Source of the DNA: Reclinomonas americana ATCC 50394
Lineage: Eukaryota
Direction: 5' to 3'
NCBI GenBank assembly: GCA_048213135.1
Contig: PS015020.1
Span: forward strand, 1-51,410
DNA: 51,410 nt
Shown here: positions 26,415 to 41,629 of the stretch, piece after piece
Numbering within the stretch: position 1 is the first letter of the stretch
Layout of the letters: each line of letters begins with the position of its first letter
The notes under the pieces: generated by a model
The model's database searches: none
The model's input: the letters and a program-made list of their open reading frames with translations, nothing else
Told to the model about the DNA's origin: nothing
Position numbers and translations under genes: made by a program

Positions 26415-29133
26415 TCAAGCATCAAAGTACATCTGCGACGAGAAGCAAAAAGATTAGCCACGTATGCACCAGCAACAAACACACAAACTAAAGAGACTCA
26501 CCATGTACTCCCACGGGTGCGGGCGAGTACGCAGCGAGTTGATCTCCTCGTCGAACTTCCACTCGATGTAGGCCTCAAGGAAAGCCTTGGAGAAGACACC
26601 TCCGCGGGTCAGCCACTCGTGGTCGTTGGCCAGCGCCGTCATCGACTCCTCGAGGGTGGCCGGCACACGCTTGACGCCGCGAGCCGCCGCCTCCTCCTTG
26701 CTCAGCGAGTAGAGGTTGACGTTGAGGGGCTCACCCGGGTGCACCTTGTTCTGGATGCCGTCGAGGCCGGCCATGAGGATGGCGGCGAACGACATGTAGG
26801 GGTTGGCGGTTGGGTCGGGCGTGCGGAACTCGGCGCGCACGGCCTTGGGGTTGGAGTTGGGGATGCGGATAAAGGCACTGCGGTTGCGGCTCGAGTAGGC
26901 CTGGAACACTGGCGCCTCGTAGCCGGGCACCAGGCGCTTGTACGAGTTGGTGGTCGGGTTGGTGATGGCCAACAGCGCACTGGCGTTCTTCATGATACCG
27001 CCGATAAAGTAGAGGGCCATGTCGGAGAGACCGGCGTACTTGTCGCCACGGAACAGGTTGTAGCCATCCTCACGGTGCAGCGACACGTGGGTGTGCATGC
27101 CGGAGCCGTTGTCGCCGTGCAGCGGCTTGGGCATGAAGGTGGCCGTCTTGCCGTTCTGCAGCGCGACGTTGCGCACCACGTACTTGTACCACATGACCTG
27201 CAGCGGGGGGAGAGGGGGAAAGTGAGAAGAGAGGAGAGAGAGAGAGAGAGAGAGTGGAAGAAGTCACGCACCTGATCAGCCATCAGGCGAGCCTCGTTGT
27301 ACTTCATGCCAATCTCGCACTGACCGCCGGCACCGACCTCGTGGTGCTGCGCCTCAATGGGAATGCCCAAGCTCTGCGTACAAACAATCAGACTCCTGTC
27401 CACACCAACAATTGCGAAGAAATATGCAAACGCACCTCCATCGCCAACGCCATGTCGGCACGCACGTCGCTCACGTAGTCGTTCGGCTTCACGGGGTAGT
27501 AGCCGCCCTTGACGCGCGGCTTGTAGCCGAGGTTGGGCTTGCCGCGGAAGAACTTGTTACCGGTCTCCCACGGTCCTTCCTCGGACTCGAGGGAGTACGA
27601 GGCAGAGTTCGGGCGCAGCTCGTACGAGACGCCTGTGGGGTGGGGGTGAGGGGTGAGAGAGGCGTTGTAGCACACAATGGCAGGAAATGTCAACGCACCG
27701 TCAAAGACAAAGAACTCGGCCTCGGGTCCCACGTTGAAGAAGGTGGCAATGCCGGTCGACTGCAAGTATTTGTGCGCACGGTCCAAAATGAACCGTGGAT
27801 CGCGGTCGTACGGCGTGCCATCGGGGTTGTTGATCGAGCTGCGAACAACGATCAGAAGGGAGAAGGGTCAGGGAAAGAAGGAAAGCGAAACGCAACCAAG
27901 TGAACGAGACGGTCTTCTCCTTGTGGAACGGGTCCACAGCGGCGGTCTTGGCGTCAGGCACCAACACCATGTCCGAGTTCTCAATGCCCTGTGTGGAGAG
28001 GGAAAGAGAGTAAGAATGCATGATTACGAGCAAGAGCAGATACAACAGCAGCTTTGTCAGAACAGATGAATGAAGAGAATCACAGAGAACAGGAAAAGTG
28101 ATGATCGGCAAGCCATGCACAGAACGCGTAGAGACGTAGACAGTATACATGAGAGAACAGCAGCATGGTCGAACGTACAGTATAATGTGAAGAGGATCAC
28201 AAAGAACAGCAATGAGTAAATCACATGCAGAGATAGAAGGGGAAGCGTACAAAGTGAAAAACGGCAAGCCATGCACAAAGATGGTGTACAAGAGAGAGCA
28301 GCAGCTTGTTGAGGATAGACGATGGGTGAAAAGGATCACAGAGAACAGCGATGTTGCGACAGAAGGGGGGAAAAGGGTGCAGAGTGAAAAACGGCAAGCC
28401 ATGCACAGAACGCGTAGAGACGAAGACGACGTTCAAAGTATGCAACACAAGACACGTGCAGAGACACAAAGGCAAGAATGCAGCAGCAAGTCCATGCGAC
28501 TGCACCCAAGAAAGCATGAAACACAATACGGGAGACGGAACAACTCAATACAGGAAAATCTTCATCACACACCACACCCAGCACAGCCCGCTCACGATGC
28601 AGCGTCCCACTCGCAGCCACCCAGACACACAACAAATAAACAAAGAGAGAAGTGCAAGACAACCCTCACGCACCTCCCAGCAGCGAATGGAGGAACCATC
28701 GAATCCGAGTCCGTTGGCAAACAGCGACTCCGAGAGGTTGCTGGCCACCGGCACACCCAAGTGCTGCCACGTGCCAAACATGTCGACAAACTTGAAGTCG
28801 AGCATCTTCGCACCTGCGAATAATGTAATCAATCAGCAACCGCGTCCAAAAAGACACATAGCAAGCGACCCGAAAAAGGGAGAGTCNNNNNNNNNNNNNN
28901 NNNNNNTCTCACCAGAGGAGCGCACATAGTCGACGGCCTGCGCCGGCGTAAAGTCCTTGTGCAGCTTGTTGGTGTTCCACTGAGAGAGAGAGGAGGATGT
29001 GTGAGAGTGCGCGCGGGAAAACCATAGACAGTAAGACACACACACACACCTGCAGGTTGAGCTGCGGGAGAGTGGTGATGGAGCGCGCTCGGGTCGCGGT
29101 GAGACCCAGGCGGCGAGACAAGTGGCCGAGCAT
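26415..29133 (-). CDS. glnA: Glutamine synthetase type I-beta (bacterial glnA-like) with introns and an N-terminal presequence
   Basis: [123 protein letters not shown]. Confidence 0.93.
28020..28500. repeat. Degenerate tandem repeat inside a glnA intron
   Basis: Recurrent CGGCAAGCCATGCACA (about 28106, 28262, 28392) and ATCACAGAGAACAG-like motifs. Confidence 0.75.
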
Positions 29134-29585
29134 TCTGTGCGCGTGCGAGAGAAGGTGTGGGTGAGACATGTCGCAACAAAAGGCGGAGAAATACAACACA
29201 AAAAAAGAGAGGAGAGTCTTGTTGTGCGTGTGTGAGGGGGGAGAGTCGCGGCACAAGTGTTCGCCGCACACGCATGAGTGACAGCAGACACACAGAGAAA
29301 GAAGGGACATGCAGGAGGTGACTTTCTTTGTTGCGTTGTGTGTCTTGTGCGCTCTTCTCACCGTGAAAGCGCGAAACGAAAGCACAAACAAAAATGCGGC
29401 GCCAAAAACCGACGTTGCGTGATATCTCTCTTTGATTATCGTGTGGTGCGAGAGGAGACGAGGTGGTCTTGTTTGCGGGGGGTGCAGGGAGGGAGAGAGA
29501 GGGGGGAGGGGGAGGGGGAAGGAAGAGGGAAGGAGAAAGGGGGAAGAGAGGGGAGAACGGGAAGAGATTTGCGACTGCCATCGGA

Positions 29586-29604
29586 AAAATCGGTGGTGGA
29601 GAGG

Positions 29605-29685
<81 letters not shown>
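29586..29685. repeat. (GA)n microsatellite at a gap edge
   Basis: Purine run becoming a perfect GA array from about 29607, before the N gap. Confidence 0.9.
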
Positions 29686-31100
29686 NNNNNNNNNNNNNNN
29701 NNNNNNNNNNNNNNNNNNNNNNNNNNNNNNNNNNNNNNNNNNNNNNNNNNNNNNNNNNNNNNNNNNNNNNNNNNNNNNNNNNNNNNNNNNNNNNNNNNNN
29801 NNNNNNNNNNNNNNNNNNNNNNNNNNNNNNNNNNNNNNNNNNNNNNNNNNNNNNNNNNNNNNNNNNNNNNNNNNNNNNNNNNNNNNNNNNNNNNNNNNNN
29901 NNNNNNNNNNNNNNNNNNNNNNNNNNNNNNNNNNNNNNNNNNNNNNNNNNNNNNNNNNNNNNNNNNNNNNNNNNNNNNNNNNNNNNNNNNNNNNNNNNNN
30001 NNNNNNNNNNNNNNNNNNNNNNNNNNNNNNNNNNNNNNNNNNNNNNNNNNNNNNNCAAAGGGCGAGACAGTGCATGGCGAAGAACGATGACCATGGCAAT
30101 GAGAGTTGTCTCTTCGTGTCGTACGCCTCTACATGCAGCGAGCGAGTTGACGAAAGAGAGAGGAGAGCGAGAGTTGCTTTGAAAGAGTGCAAAGCAGCGA
30201 CAACTGTGGCACAGAGGGAGCACGACACGGCCGTGTTTCGTTCAAGCATTTCGTATGCTCTCCAGCTGGTGCGCAGCACAGTGCATTGTGGTTCTCTTGG
30301 GCTCTGCTTCGGCCAGTCCGTCAACTCTCCACGTGTATCACGAGACACGGAAGACAGAGCACGCAGACAACACACGGCTGACAGATGTCGGGGCCGGCCG
30401 TGAACCGACAAGCGACAGACACGAGCAATCACGGCGACGCCCACCACGGCCACGCACACAGAGAGATACACAGATGTGCGTGTCTCGTGGAGGTCCACTT
30501 CGGCGACGAGAGACAGAGCGAGAGGGAGAGAGAGCTCGCATGCGAGCATCGACTCTGCATGATTGAGAGAGAGAGAGAGATGAACCACAACCAAGTCGAT
30601 CGCATCGCAGCAGGAGACGAGATGGGTGACAACAAGTGCACCAGGCCAACGCTCAGCCACACGCACACACAGAGAGAGAAGGGGGGAGAGAGCGATCTCG
30701 ACAACTGCCCACTGCTGCAATCCGACACTACTCACCGCAAAACAGAGATGTCAACAAAATAAAGAGTGCGATGCAGATGCACACGCGCGCGTGTGTGTGC
30801 GTGTGCGTGTCAAAAAGAAGTCTAACAGGGAGGCGAAGAAGAAGAGCAGTGCAGAACTGTGTCTTGCAACTTGTCTGCGCGCGTAAATCGTGCAAATCTA
30901 CCGTTTTTCGTCGAGATAGATTCTCAACTGATGGACTTGCTGTTCCCGCCCCAACCCATCCGTCGCTCATTGCGGGCCCCCATCCACCACACCACACCAC
31001 TTGCACACTTGCACACAAAGCAATGCTGCGCACACTCCGAAAACTTTTTTCGAACGCCCATCCATTCTCATCCATCTGTGATAGTGTTTTCATTCAGCAT

Positions 31101-34100
31101 CTATCCTACGCGCTCAGCAGCACTCTCGCCCATCGCCAGCGACTGTGCCTCCACCAGCTGTCGCACCAGGTCTTCGGGCTGTGAGCAACGCATGTCAGTC
31201 CGCCGATCAGCAGTACCCAATCATTCCTCTCGCCCGCACCTTGTCCACTGGCGGCTGGCACGTCTGTTCACGGCAGACAAAGGCGCGCGGCTTGTCGGCC
31301 GGTGATTCGCGCACGTACGCTTGCAGCTCATCGCCACTCTGTCGACGGCGGTCACACACGACGATCGGGATGATGAGAAAAGACGAGAGGACGCAACTGT
31401 GGAGTTGGCGAGGAGCCACTCGGTGCCATCGGAGCGATCCAGACGCAGCAAGTACCGGTGTGGCAGGTAGACCGAGTTGGCCGCCTGGTGGCACGCCGGT
31501 GAGTGGCGATTGCAACGCAGCAGGGGAGCACGCAAATGCTGTCAACCAACCGTGATCATGGCACTGTTGAGTGACAGCACCTGCTGCCCGTCTTCGGCCT
31601 CAACGAGTACGATGCGAACCGGCAATGCAGTGAGCGCCAGTAGACCGCACAGCATGAGCGGCAGCGAGTGCGGGACCTCTCTGCAGGTGGCTTTTTCAGT
31701 CACACAAAAGAGCACGCGGTTCCAACAGCTTGTGTCTCGCTCACCGCAGCTGGCCAATCACCGTGCCGACTGTGGCCTGTGCCATCGATTCAAAGTTGGT
31801 GTTGGCAATGTCTGGCGTGAATCGATTCTCCCCGAGCAACCACTTGAAGCGAGTGAGGTTGAGCACGCTGACCGAGTTGGGCGACGGTTCGGCGCCATCT
31901 GCCAAAGTGATAGAATGAACGAAACGAAGACTGTGCCCGCCGCGCAAGCACAGAGGAACGCACCGTACGTATCCTTCAAGCGCAGAATCAGGTGCGGATC
32001 GGAGCCGGCAGCATCAAAGTAGCCACCCACATCGCCGGACGACGCAGAGCAATCGTAGAACAGTCGATTTTGCGTGTGCTGCAAGTTGAGTGCCATCTGC
32101 GCGCGAGAGAGAGCGAGTGAGTGCACGTTGTTCCCAGTGGAAACACCACAATATAGAATTCACCTCCAAGTGCTCAACCTCTCCCGACACCTCGTACAGG
32201 TCCAACAGTCCAGCAACTGCAATCGCGTGAGTGAGACAAAGGAGGTTCATTCTCCAAGACGGACTACGCACTGAAGAATGCATAATCGGCAGCGAATCCC
32301 GGGATGGAGGACCGCTCCTCGCCGCGGAACGAGCGCCACAGCGTGTTGGATGCACTCTCGAACAGGTGCATTCGCACGAAACGCACCAGTCGTGATGCGC
32401 GTTCCAAGTACACGTGGTCTCCTGCACCCAAGAGGTGAGCACACACACACTCCTTAGCCAAGGATTGTGAAGCATCGCACCCACTGACCGAGTACGCCAT
32501 ACGCCTTGGCCAGCGCGGACAGCCACAGACCATTCCACGCCGTGACGCACTTGTCGTCGAGATGGGGACGCGGGCGCGATGACCGCGCCTCCAACAGCTT
32601 GCGCTTGGCGCTTTTCAGCAGCTCCACCACGTGCTCCTCCTGTCACGTACTCATGAGAAAGTGAGAGGCGAGTGGAGAAGCTGCTGACGCACATACGAGT
32701 TCATCTTGTCGGCCACTTCGCTGTCGGTGAGGTGGCGGCACAAGCAGTTCAGACCGCGCATCTCGTGGTGCGGATCGGAGCGTGGACGAATGTTGCCACC
32801 GACTTGCACACCGCAGGCGGCGGAGAAGGCCTCGCACTCTTCGGCAGTGAGCAGGGACTCAATCTCGCGAGCGTCCCACAAGTAGAATGCGCCCTCTTTC
32901 TGCGCAGCAATAGAGTGAGCACGGGCGGGCGGCGGGAGTGGACGAGTAACTCTTGGCACGGTACCTTTTCGCCGCCCGGTGAGACAGCCGAGTCGGCGTC
33001 CTCGGCCGAGTACACGCCACCAAAGGGGTGTGTCATGTCACGCTCGACGTATTCCAGAGTTTCGCGAGCCACTGCGGAGTCGGGGAGAAGAGGGGAAGAT
33101 GGGGGAAAGGGATGAGAAGAAGGGAGAAGAAATGGAAGAAGTGAAGTGAAGAGGAGTACAGGAGAACTGAAACAAGAATGGATCAACAGGCATGAGAGAT
33201 AGAGAGGTACAATGGGGAAGGAAATGAAAGTTGGGAAGTAGAAAAGGGCAGGAGAAAGACGAACAACAGCAGGAGGTCTCACAGCGAAAGAGAGAGCGTT
33301 GCAAGCACCTTTGAAAAGGGAGAAGGATAATAGCAGGCGGTCTCACAGCGAACGAGAGAAAGAGTGCTGAAAGCGCCCACTTGAAAAGAGACAGAAGAAT
33401 ACAGTAGGAGGGAGCTGAGAAAGTAGAGACGGCACTCTGGTCATGCAGAGAGAGGGCATGGAGAAGTAGAGAGTGGTGGTGGCAGGTCGCAGCAACAAGA
33501 ACAACTGCAGGTAATCTCACGGCAAGCAAGAGAAAGAGTGTTTAAAGCAACCACTTGAAAAGGGACAGAAGAAATCAGAAGGAGAGAGCGGAGAGAGTGG
33601 AAAGGGCATGCTGGTCAACAAGGACAACTGCAGGTGATCTCACAGCGAACTAAAGAAAGAGTGAAGCACGCCTCTTGAAATGGGGAAGAAAATATCATCA
33701 TTGGGAGCCTGAGAGAGTAGCAAGGGCATACAGGGTCACCACAATTCGTTCATCAACAAACATGCAACAGCTGTCTTGTTGACCAAGTGCAACCATATTC
33801 AAAACATCGACACAAACACCAGTCTTGAGGGCAGTGGTAGGTTTCTTGTGTGTGTTCGCTCTCGGAGCACCCACTTCTCCACTCATACCGCACTCACCAC
33901 GTGCAAAGTACTCGTTCTTGGTGAGCAAGTATGCGTCTAGGTAAGCGCACACAAGCTGCGCTTGGTCGTACATCACTGATCGACACACGAGAAAACGTCA
34001 GTGAGTTTCTCCGACAAACCCCCCCAACCACCAAGCATCATCAGTAAACTCTTTTCAAAGTGCGGCACATGCCAGTACTCGTCCACGGAGTAGCGATGGA

Positions 34101-36312
34101 ACCCACCACCTGCAGTGTGCCGAATGGTGAGTGTACAGCCCACCAAGACATCCCTCTCTCCAGCACGCACCAAGATGGTCGTACACGCCGCCACGGGCCA
34201 TGCACTCGAGCGTGTGCGTCACCATCTGCAAGGCAGTGTGTCGACGGCGCCTATCTGCACCGCCAGAAGTGGAGAGGTGAGCCACTCCGGACTCGCCACG
34301 CAAGTCACAACAACGATGATGTGCTCACCTCCGCCGAGACCAATGGCATGTGCCTGCATGAGGAACTGGAGTTCCACAGGGCGAGGGAACTTGGGTGAAC
34401 GCGAGAAGCCACCACGCGCCTCGTCGTATTGAGCAGCAAACAGGCGAACGCACGACCTGCAAAGTCGAGTGAGTGCGAAGCACAGCAGCGTGCGCACGTA
34501 TTTTGCTGTCGCTCAACTCGGCAATCTGGCGGCCCTGCCGCAGCATGGATTCGGCGGCTTTCTCGCCCAACTCGGAGCCATGCTGGTCCTGTTTCAATGC
34601 GTCGAGGACTTGCTGACTCTGTGAAATCTGGGAGGAGAGGGGGAAGCGATGAAGAGAGGGCAGGAAGAAGAGGCCGACGGGAATGTTTTTCGCAACAAGT
34701 TCATCGCGACTGGTGCGCCACACAGCAGCCTGCAAGATGGGGTGAGGACGGTGAACAAGGAAGCGCTCACTGCATGCAGCCGAATATCACTCACCAGGTT
34801 ACGCAGCACACGTGGCAGGCCGGGCCGTCCACTGCGATCGTCGGGTGGTAGGTACGTCACTGCGCAGAGGAGGGAAAGAAACATGAGTGATCTCGACTCC
34901 GAACGAGAGAGTCACCCGAAGACGCACTTGCCACCAGCGGTTTCAGATCGGGAGTGAGGAATGCATTCAGTGGCCATCCACCAGAGCCAGTGGTCGCTTG
35001 CAGGAATCGCTGCGGATGTGCATGAGGAGGGCATGAAAAATGGAATCGTGCTCTGCATCGACGACGGCCAAACCATGTAGACCGCGTCGACATCAGGGCG
35101 TTCCTGTGCGGTGGAGGAGGAGTTGGTGAGAAGGAGAAAATTGAAGGGGGATGGAACAGAACAACAGTGACCTCGAGTAGAAGAAGCAACGAAGCAGGGA
35201 GGGAAAAGCGAGGTGAGACAACAGTCATTTTGAATCAGGAGAAGGAAGACTACCTGCTGACTGTCGGCAATCGCAGACTGCAGAAAAGCAATGCAGTGCA
35301 GTGCGGAGGCAAGGTACAACAGCAGACACGCGAAGCAGAGAAAGAGAAAGGACGGAAGACAAAATTACAACCCCGAGACAACAATTGCTTCGGTTCACGA
35401 CGAAATGGAGGACACTGAGGAAACTGTCGGCAACCACAGGATGCAGATAAGCAATGCAGTGGAGTGCACAAGGAAGTCTACATGTGCACCAGTGATGTAG
35501 TGTCATTGAAGCAGCGGGGCTGAGATGGAATGAAGAAAAAACCACAACAGTTGCACGAGTAGAGATCACTGAGGAGACTGTCGACGACAACAGGCCGCAG
35601 ATCGGCAATGCAGTGAAGTGCGAAGACAAGCTATAACAACAGACACTTCGAAGCAGAGACAAAGAGAGAGGAGAAGACAGGAAACTCACGAGGCGCCTCT
35701 GAACCCACAAAACGTGGAGTCCTTATACAGTCATTGATTTTGCTGCACTCTTCTTCCATCGAATCCCGACTTCTCCTCTCCGCGTCCCAGCCATGATGCC
35801 CGCCACTTACCTCCCGATCGACCTTGATGCTCACAAAGTCCTTGTTGAGGATGGCGGCAATGGCCGGATTCTCAAACGATTCTCGCTCCATGACCTGCCA
35901 CTGCAGTCAGATCGCTTTCCCCCGCCGAGAGAGAGAGAGAGAGAGAGAGATAGAGAGTCGCACCACGGAACGCAACGTGACACCAATGACACGTGCTGTA
36001 GCCGATCGACAGGAAGATCAGGCAGTCACGCTCGCTGGCTTCGCGAATGGCTTCGGGCGACCACGGAAGCCAGTTGACTGCGTGGAGGGCCCGGGGTTAA
36101 CGAGCGTGCCTCTCCTCACAGAGAGGATGATGTGAGGCAAGACCTGGGTTATGAGCGTGCTGCAAGAGGTACGGGCTCTTCTCGTCGATGAGTGCGTTGG
36201 TGAACTTGTCGCCGGGCGACCGATTGCGAAACACCGAGGCTTCGGAGCGACCGGAGGAGAGCGGAGGTCGACTGGGAGCCGGTGAGGAGGGAGAGGAGGA
36301 GGAGGAGGCCAT
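31101..36312 (-). CDS. SPATA20: SPATA20/YyaL thioredoxin-domain + alpha-helical barrel protein
   Basis: [137 protein letters not shown]; last exon [11 protein letters not shown] with stop at 31101-31103. Confidence 0.92.
33230..33700. repeat. Degenerate ~100-120 bp tandem repeat in a SPATA20 intron
   Basis: Recurrent (GG)TCTCACAGCGAA..AGAGTG..CACTTGAAA units (about 33276, 33339, 33516, 33638). Confidence 0.7.
35250..35660. repeat. Degenerate tandem repeat in a SPATA20 intron
   Basis: Recurrent ACTGTCG(G/A)CAA..GCAGA..GCAATGCAGTG units (about 35260, 35423, 35577). Confidence 0.65.
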
Positions 36313-36619
36313 GAGGTGGCGTGCAGGCGTGTGAGTGACTGCGTGCACGCACAAGGGGAGTCAGATGAGTGTGCCTGGATTCTCCTGTCGGCACAACTTC
36401 ATCACGACGGCTCACCGACGTGTGGTAATCGGTGGGAGAGAGGGAGAAGACGAAGAAGCATACGAGGGGAGAGGGAGGGAGAGGGAGAGAGGAAGCGCAC
36501 TCGCTCTTCGGAGATCGACTTGTCCTGTTCGAAGCTTCGGAGAAAACGTCGTCGTTGTCAGTTCTCCTGCTACGTAGTGATTGCGCCGACCCACGTCCAT
36601 TCTACATCGATTTTTCACT

Positions 36620-38706
<2,087 letters not shown>

Positions 38707-38889
38707 TCTCCCCTGTGTGCTTGAAATGAACACGACGAACAATGAATGGAACAGACGCCACCGTACTGCAGTGTGGTCATTGATCACCATTGCGTTCATT
38801 CACACCCTACAGAGAGGAGAGAGAGACACACACACATGCTCTCTCTCTCTCTCTCTCTTATCTCTCTCTCTCTCACATTCATATCATCA

Positions 38890-39136
38890 TCAGCACACTC
38901 CCGTCCACATCGCCGACATGGAGTTGGCGTCGGCCACGGAGTTGGGCACGACAAGCTATACACATACGCGCACGCACACACACAGAGACACAGACAATGA
39001 GTGAGTGAGTGTGAGTGAGTGGCGAACGTTTTTCTCTCGTGTCATGTGTGTTTGTGTGTGTTGTGATGAAGACGCAACATCAGTCGTCATTGCGGCTGTG
39101 TCGATGCTGTTGGTGCCGCACTGCCCGTCGAAGAAC
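38890..39136 (-). CDS. Terminal exons of an unidentified gene
   Basis: CAG|FFDGQCGTNSIDTAAMTTD|GTTGCG..TAG|LVVPNSVADANSMSAMWTGVC*. Upstream exons probably lie in or beyond the gap; a candidate is 40180-40298. Confidence 0.4.
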
Positions 39137-39697
39137 TGCGAGGAGAGAGAGAGAGAGAAAGAGAACACGTGAGCACATGCACAGATGACTGGAATGTCTG
39201 TCTCTCTCNNNNNNNNNNNNNNNNNNNNNNNNNNNNNNNNNNNNNNNNNNNNNNNNNNNNNNNNNNNNNNNNNNNNNNNNNNNNNNNNNNNNNNNNNNNN
39301 NNNNNNNNNNNNNNNNNNNNNNNNNNNNNNNNNNNNNNNNNNNNNNNNNNNNNNNNNNNNNNNNNNNNNNNNNNNNNNNNNNNNNNNNNNNNNNNNNNNN
39401 NNNNNNNNNNNNNNNNNNNNNNNNNNNNNNNNNNNNNNNNNNNNNNNNNNNNNNNNNNNNNNNNNNNNNNNNNNNNNNNNNNNNNNNNNNNNNNNNNNNN
39501 NNNNNNNNNNNNNNNNNNNNNNNNNNNNNNNNNNNNNNNNNNNNNNNNNNNNNNNNNNNNNNNNNNNNNNNNNNNNNNNNNNNNNNNNNNNNNNNNNNNN
39601 NNNNNNNNNNNNNNNNNNNNNNNNNNNNNNNNNNNNNNNNNNNNNNNNNNNNNNNTAGTGATGTCTTTCAAATGCATGTGTGCAGTGTGTCAATGAG

Positions 39698-39736
<39 letters not shown>

Positions 39737-39933
39737 ATGAGCAGGGCTGTGCAGTGCAGCGTGCTGCATGCTTGCGAGGTTGAGTATTGGACTGACTGTC
39801 ATCATGATACTGCTCTGCGAGAGTGCTGTCTTTGTGAGTGAGCGAGTAAGAGAGAGAGAGAGCACAGCATATGTGCGCTTGCAGAAGTGCTTGCACCCTG
39901 ATGCGCTGAGGAATGAGTAATTGCAGTGTACAA

Positions 39934-39968
<35 letters not shown>

Positions 39969-40504
39969 CAGGGAGAAGCAGAGCAGGCTGTGTGCATGAT
40001 GCCCATCATGATGATTTGCTCTGCGACAAGAGTTTTATCTGTCACTTGCAGGGAAGAGAGAGCGCGCTTCGTTCGTGCCATAGTAGACTCATGTGACTAT
40101 CAACGGTGCACTTTGTGAAAGTGTTGTCTCTGGATCACTTTCACAGAGCCAAGTTCCTCTCCACTTTTCCTCTGGCTCACCCTTCGTGCCACGCAGGTCG
40201 CCGTCGCCGTGCAGGCCGTCGGCAATGCGATCCAAACCGGCGTCGACGACATTGAGGGCTGGCTCTAAGCGCCCGAACGGCGCCCATGTTGGCGACCTGA
40301 TTGTTGTTTTCTTGTAATTGTGACTTGCGCCTCCCCCCTTTTTTCGTGTTGAAAGAATGTGCGTGCAGTGCTTCGAGTGAATCCTCTGTGCTTTGCTTGC
40401 CTGCAACTGTGGGAGAGAGGGAGAGGGGAGAAGGGGATGGAGTGAAAGGATGTAGTACGTATCCAGGCAAGTCAGTCGATTAAGACTTGTCCTCTGCGTC
40501 ATCC

Positions 40505-41143
40505 CGAGCCGACGGTGTCATTGGACTCTTTGGTCGTGGACTAAAGACCCGCATCTTGACGAATGGCTTGCAGGGACTGCTGTTCTCTGTGCTGTGGAGG
40601 GTGATTGATGATGCGTTGAATAAGTAAACTGGCAGTGTGTTGGTTTCTGTATATTCTTCCGCAATTACTGCCAGAAACCGTACTGTACGCAAACTCTTCC
40701 ACCCCCGACTCAGGCCATTTTGCTGCATTTCCTGTTTGCAGTGTGACTTCGAGTCCATGTGCACGTCGCGAGCCTTGCTGAAACACCAGCAATTGATACG
40801 CTGCGCAACACTTTCAATCTTTCTGATTCTGGAATTCTAACAATCTCTGTGCTTCCCAGATCTGGTGCTCACTCACGATGATGACGATGATGAGCTGCGT
40901 ACAGCTGCATAGTGGATAAGTAGAGCTGCAGCAAGAACCGAACACTGCAAGTGTGCGGTTTGAGAATGCAGAATCTCTGAATCTGCATGCATGCATGCAC
41001 ATGCATGACATGTCGACAACTGCTGCCCGACCGCTGCGGGGTGGATGAGCACCCAATGGTGCACTGCCCAACATTGTCATGCACTGTAGTCGAGCGCAGC
41101 AAGAGCTGCGTCTACGGCCAGCAGCTCTTCGACGACGGAGAAA
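40505..41143 (+). pseudogene. Duplicated 3' exon fragment and downstream region of the mitochondrial carrier locus (left inverted arm)
   Basis: ADGVIGLFGRGLKTRILTNGLQGLLFSVLWRVIDDALNK* followed by about 500 bp matching the reverse complement of 47859-48375. Confidence 0.8.
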
Positions 41144-41304
41144 CTCACTCGCGACTTTGTGGACACGTCGCATCGGAAGAATTCATAAAAGCTTTTTGGC
41201 AGCGTCAGCTTCAATCATCCTACAATTCGCCTCCCCCCGTGAGCGTAGAAAACCAAGCCCCCAACACCTATCTCTCGTAGATACNNNNNNNNNNNNNNNN
41301 NNNN

Positions 41305-41590
41305 AGGAGAGCAAGAGGCAGTGATGGGGAGGAGAGCAAGAGGCAGTGATGGGGAGGAGAGCAAGAGGCAGTGATGGGGAGGAGAGCAAGAGGCAGTGAT
41401 GGGGAGGAGAGCAAGAGGCAGTGATGGGGAGGAGAGCAAGAGGCAGTGATGGGAAGAGCAAGAGGCAGTGATGGGGAAGAGCTTGAAAGCAGTGATGGGA
41501 AGAGCAGAAGGCAGTGATGGGGGGAAGAGCAAGAGGCAGTGATGGGGAAGAGCAAGAGGCAGTGATGGGAAGAGCAGGATCCGGAGGCAG
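41305..41590 (+). repeat. 25-bp minisatellite (GGAGAGCAAGAGGCAGTGATGGGGA)n
   Basis: About 6 near-perfect copies, then shorter degenerate copies; no spacers. Confidence 0.92.
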
Positions 41591-41629
41591 TGTTGGAAAA
41601 GAGGCGACGAGGAGAACTTCCTCCAGGCT

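Noticed and set aside
26415-29133. glnA as bacterial contamination
   Set aside because: Interrupted by multiple spliceosomal introns with the same donor and acceptor style as neighbouring genes.
28829-31100. Long ORFs upstream of glnA and others spanning N runs or (GA)n/(CA)n tracts
   Set aside because: Their length comes from gaps and microsatellites; no motifs or coding-like bias seen.
40180-40298. GC-rich exon-like segment on minus (..NVVDAGLDRIADGLHGDGDLRGTK..)
   Set aside because: It has plausible splice sites, but frame and family could not be determined, so it is not called as a separate feature.
41305-41590. 25-bp repeats as a CRISPR array or telomere
   Set aside because: Head-to-tail units with no unique spacers, no cas genes, an internal position and degenerate ends: a minisatellite.
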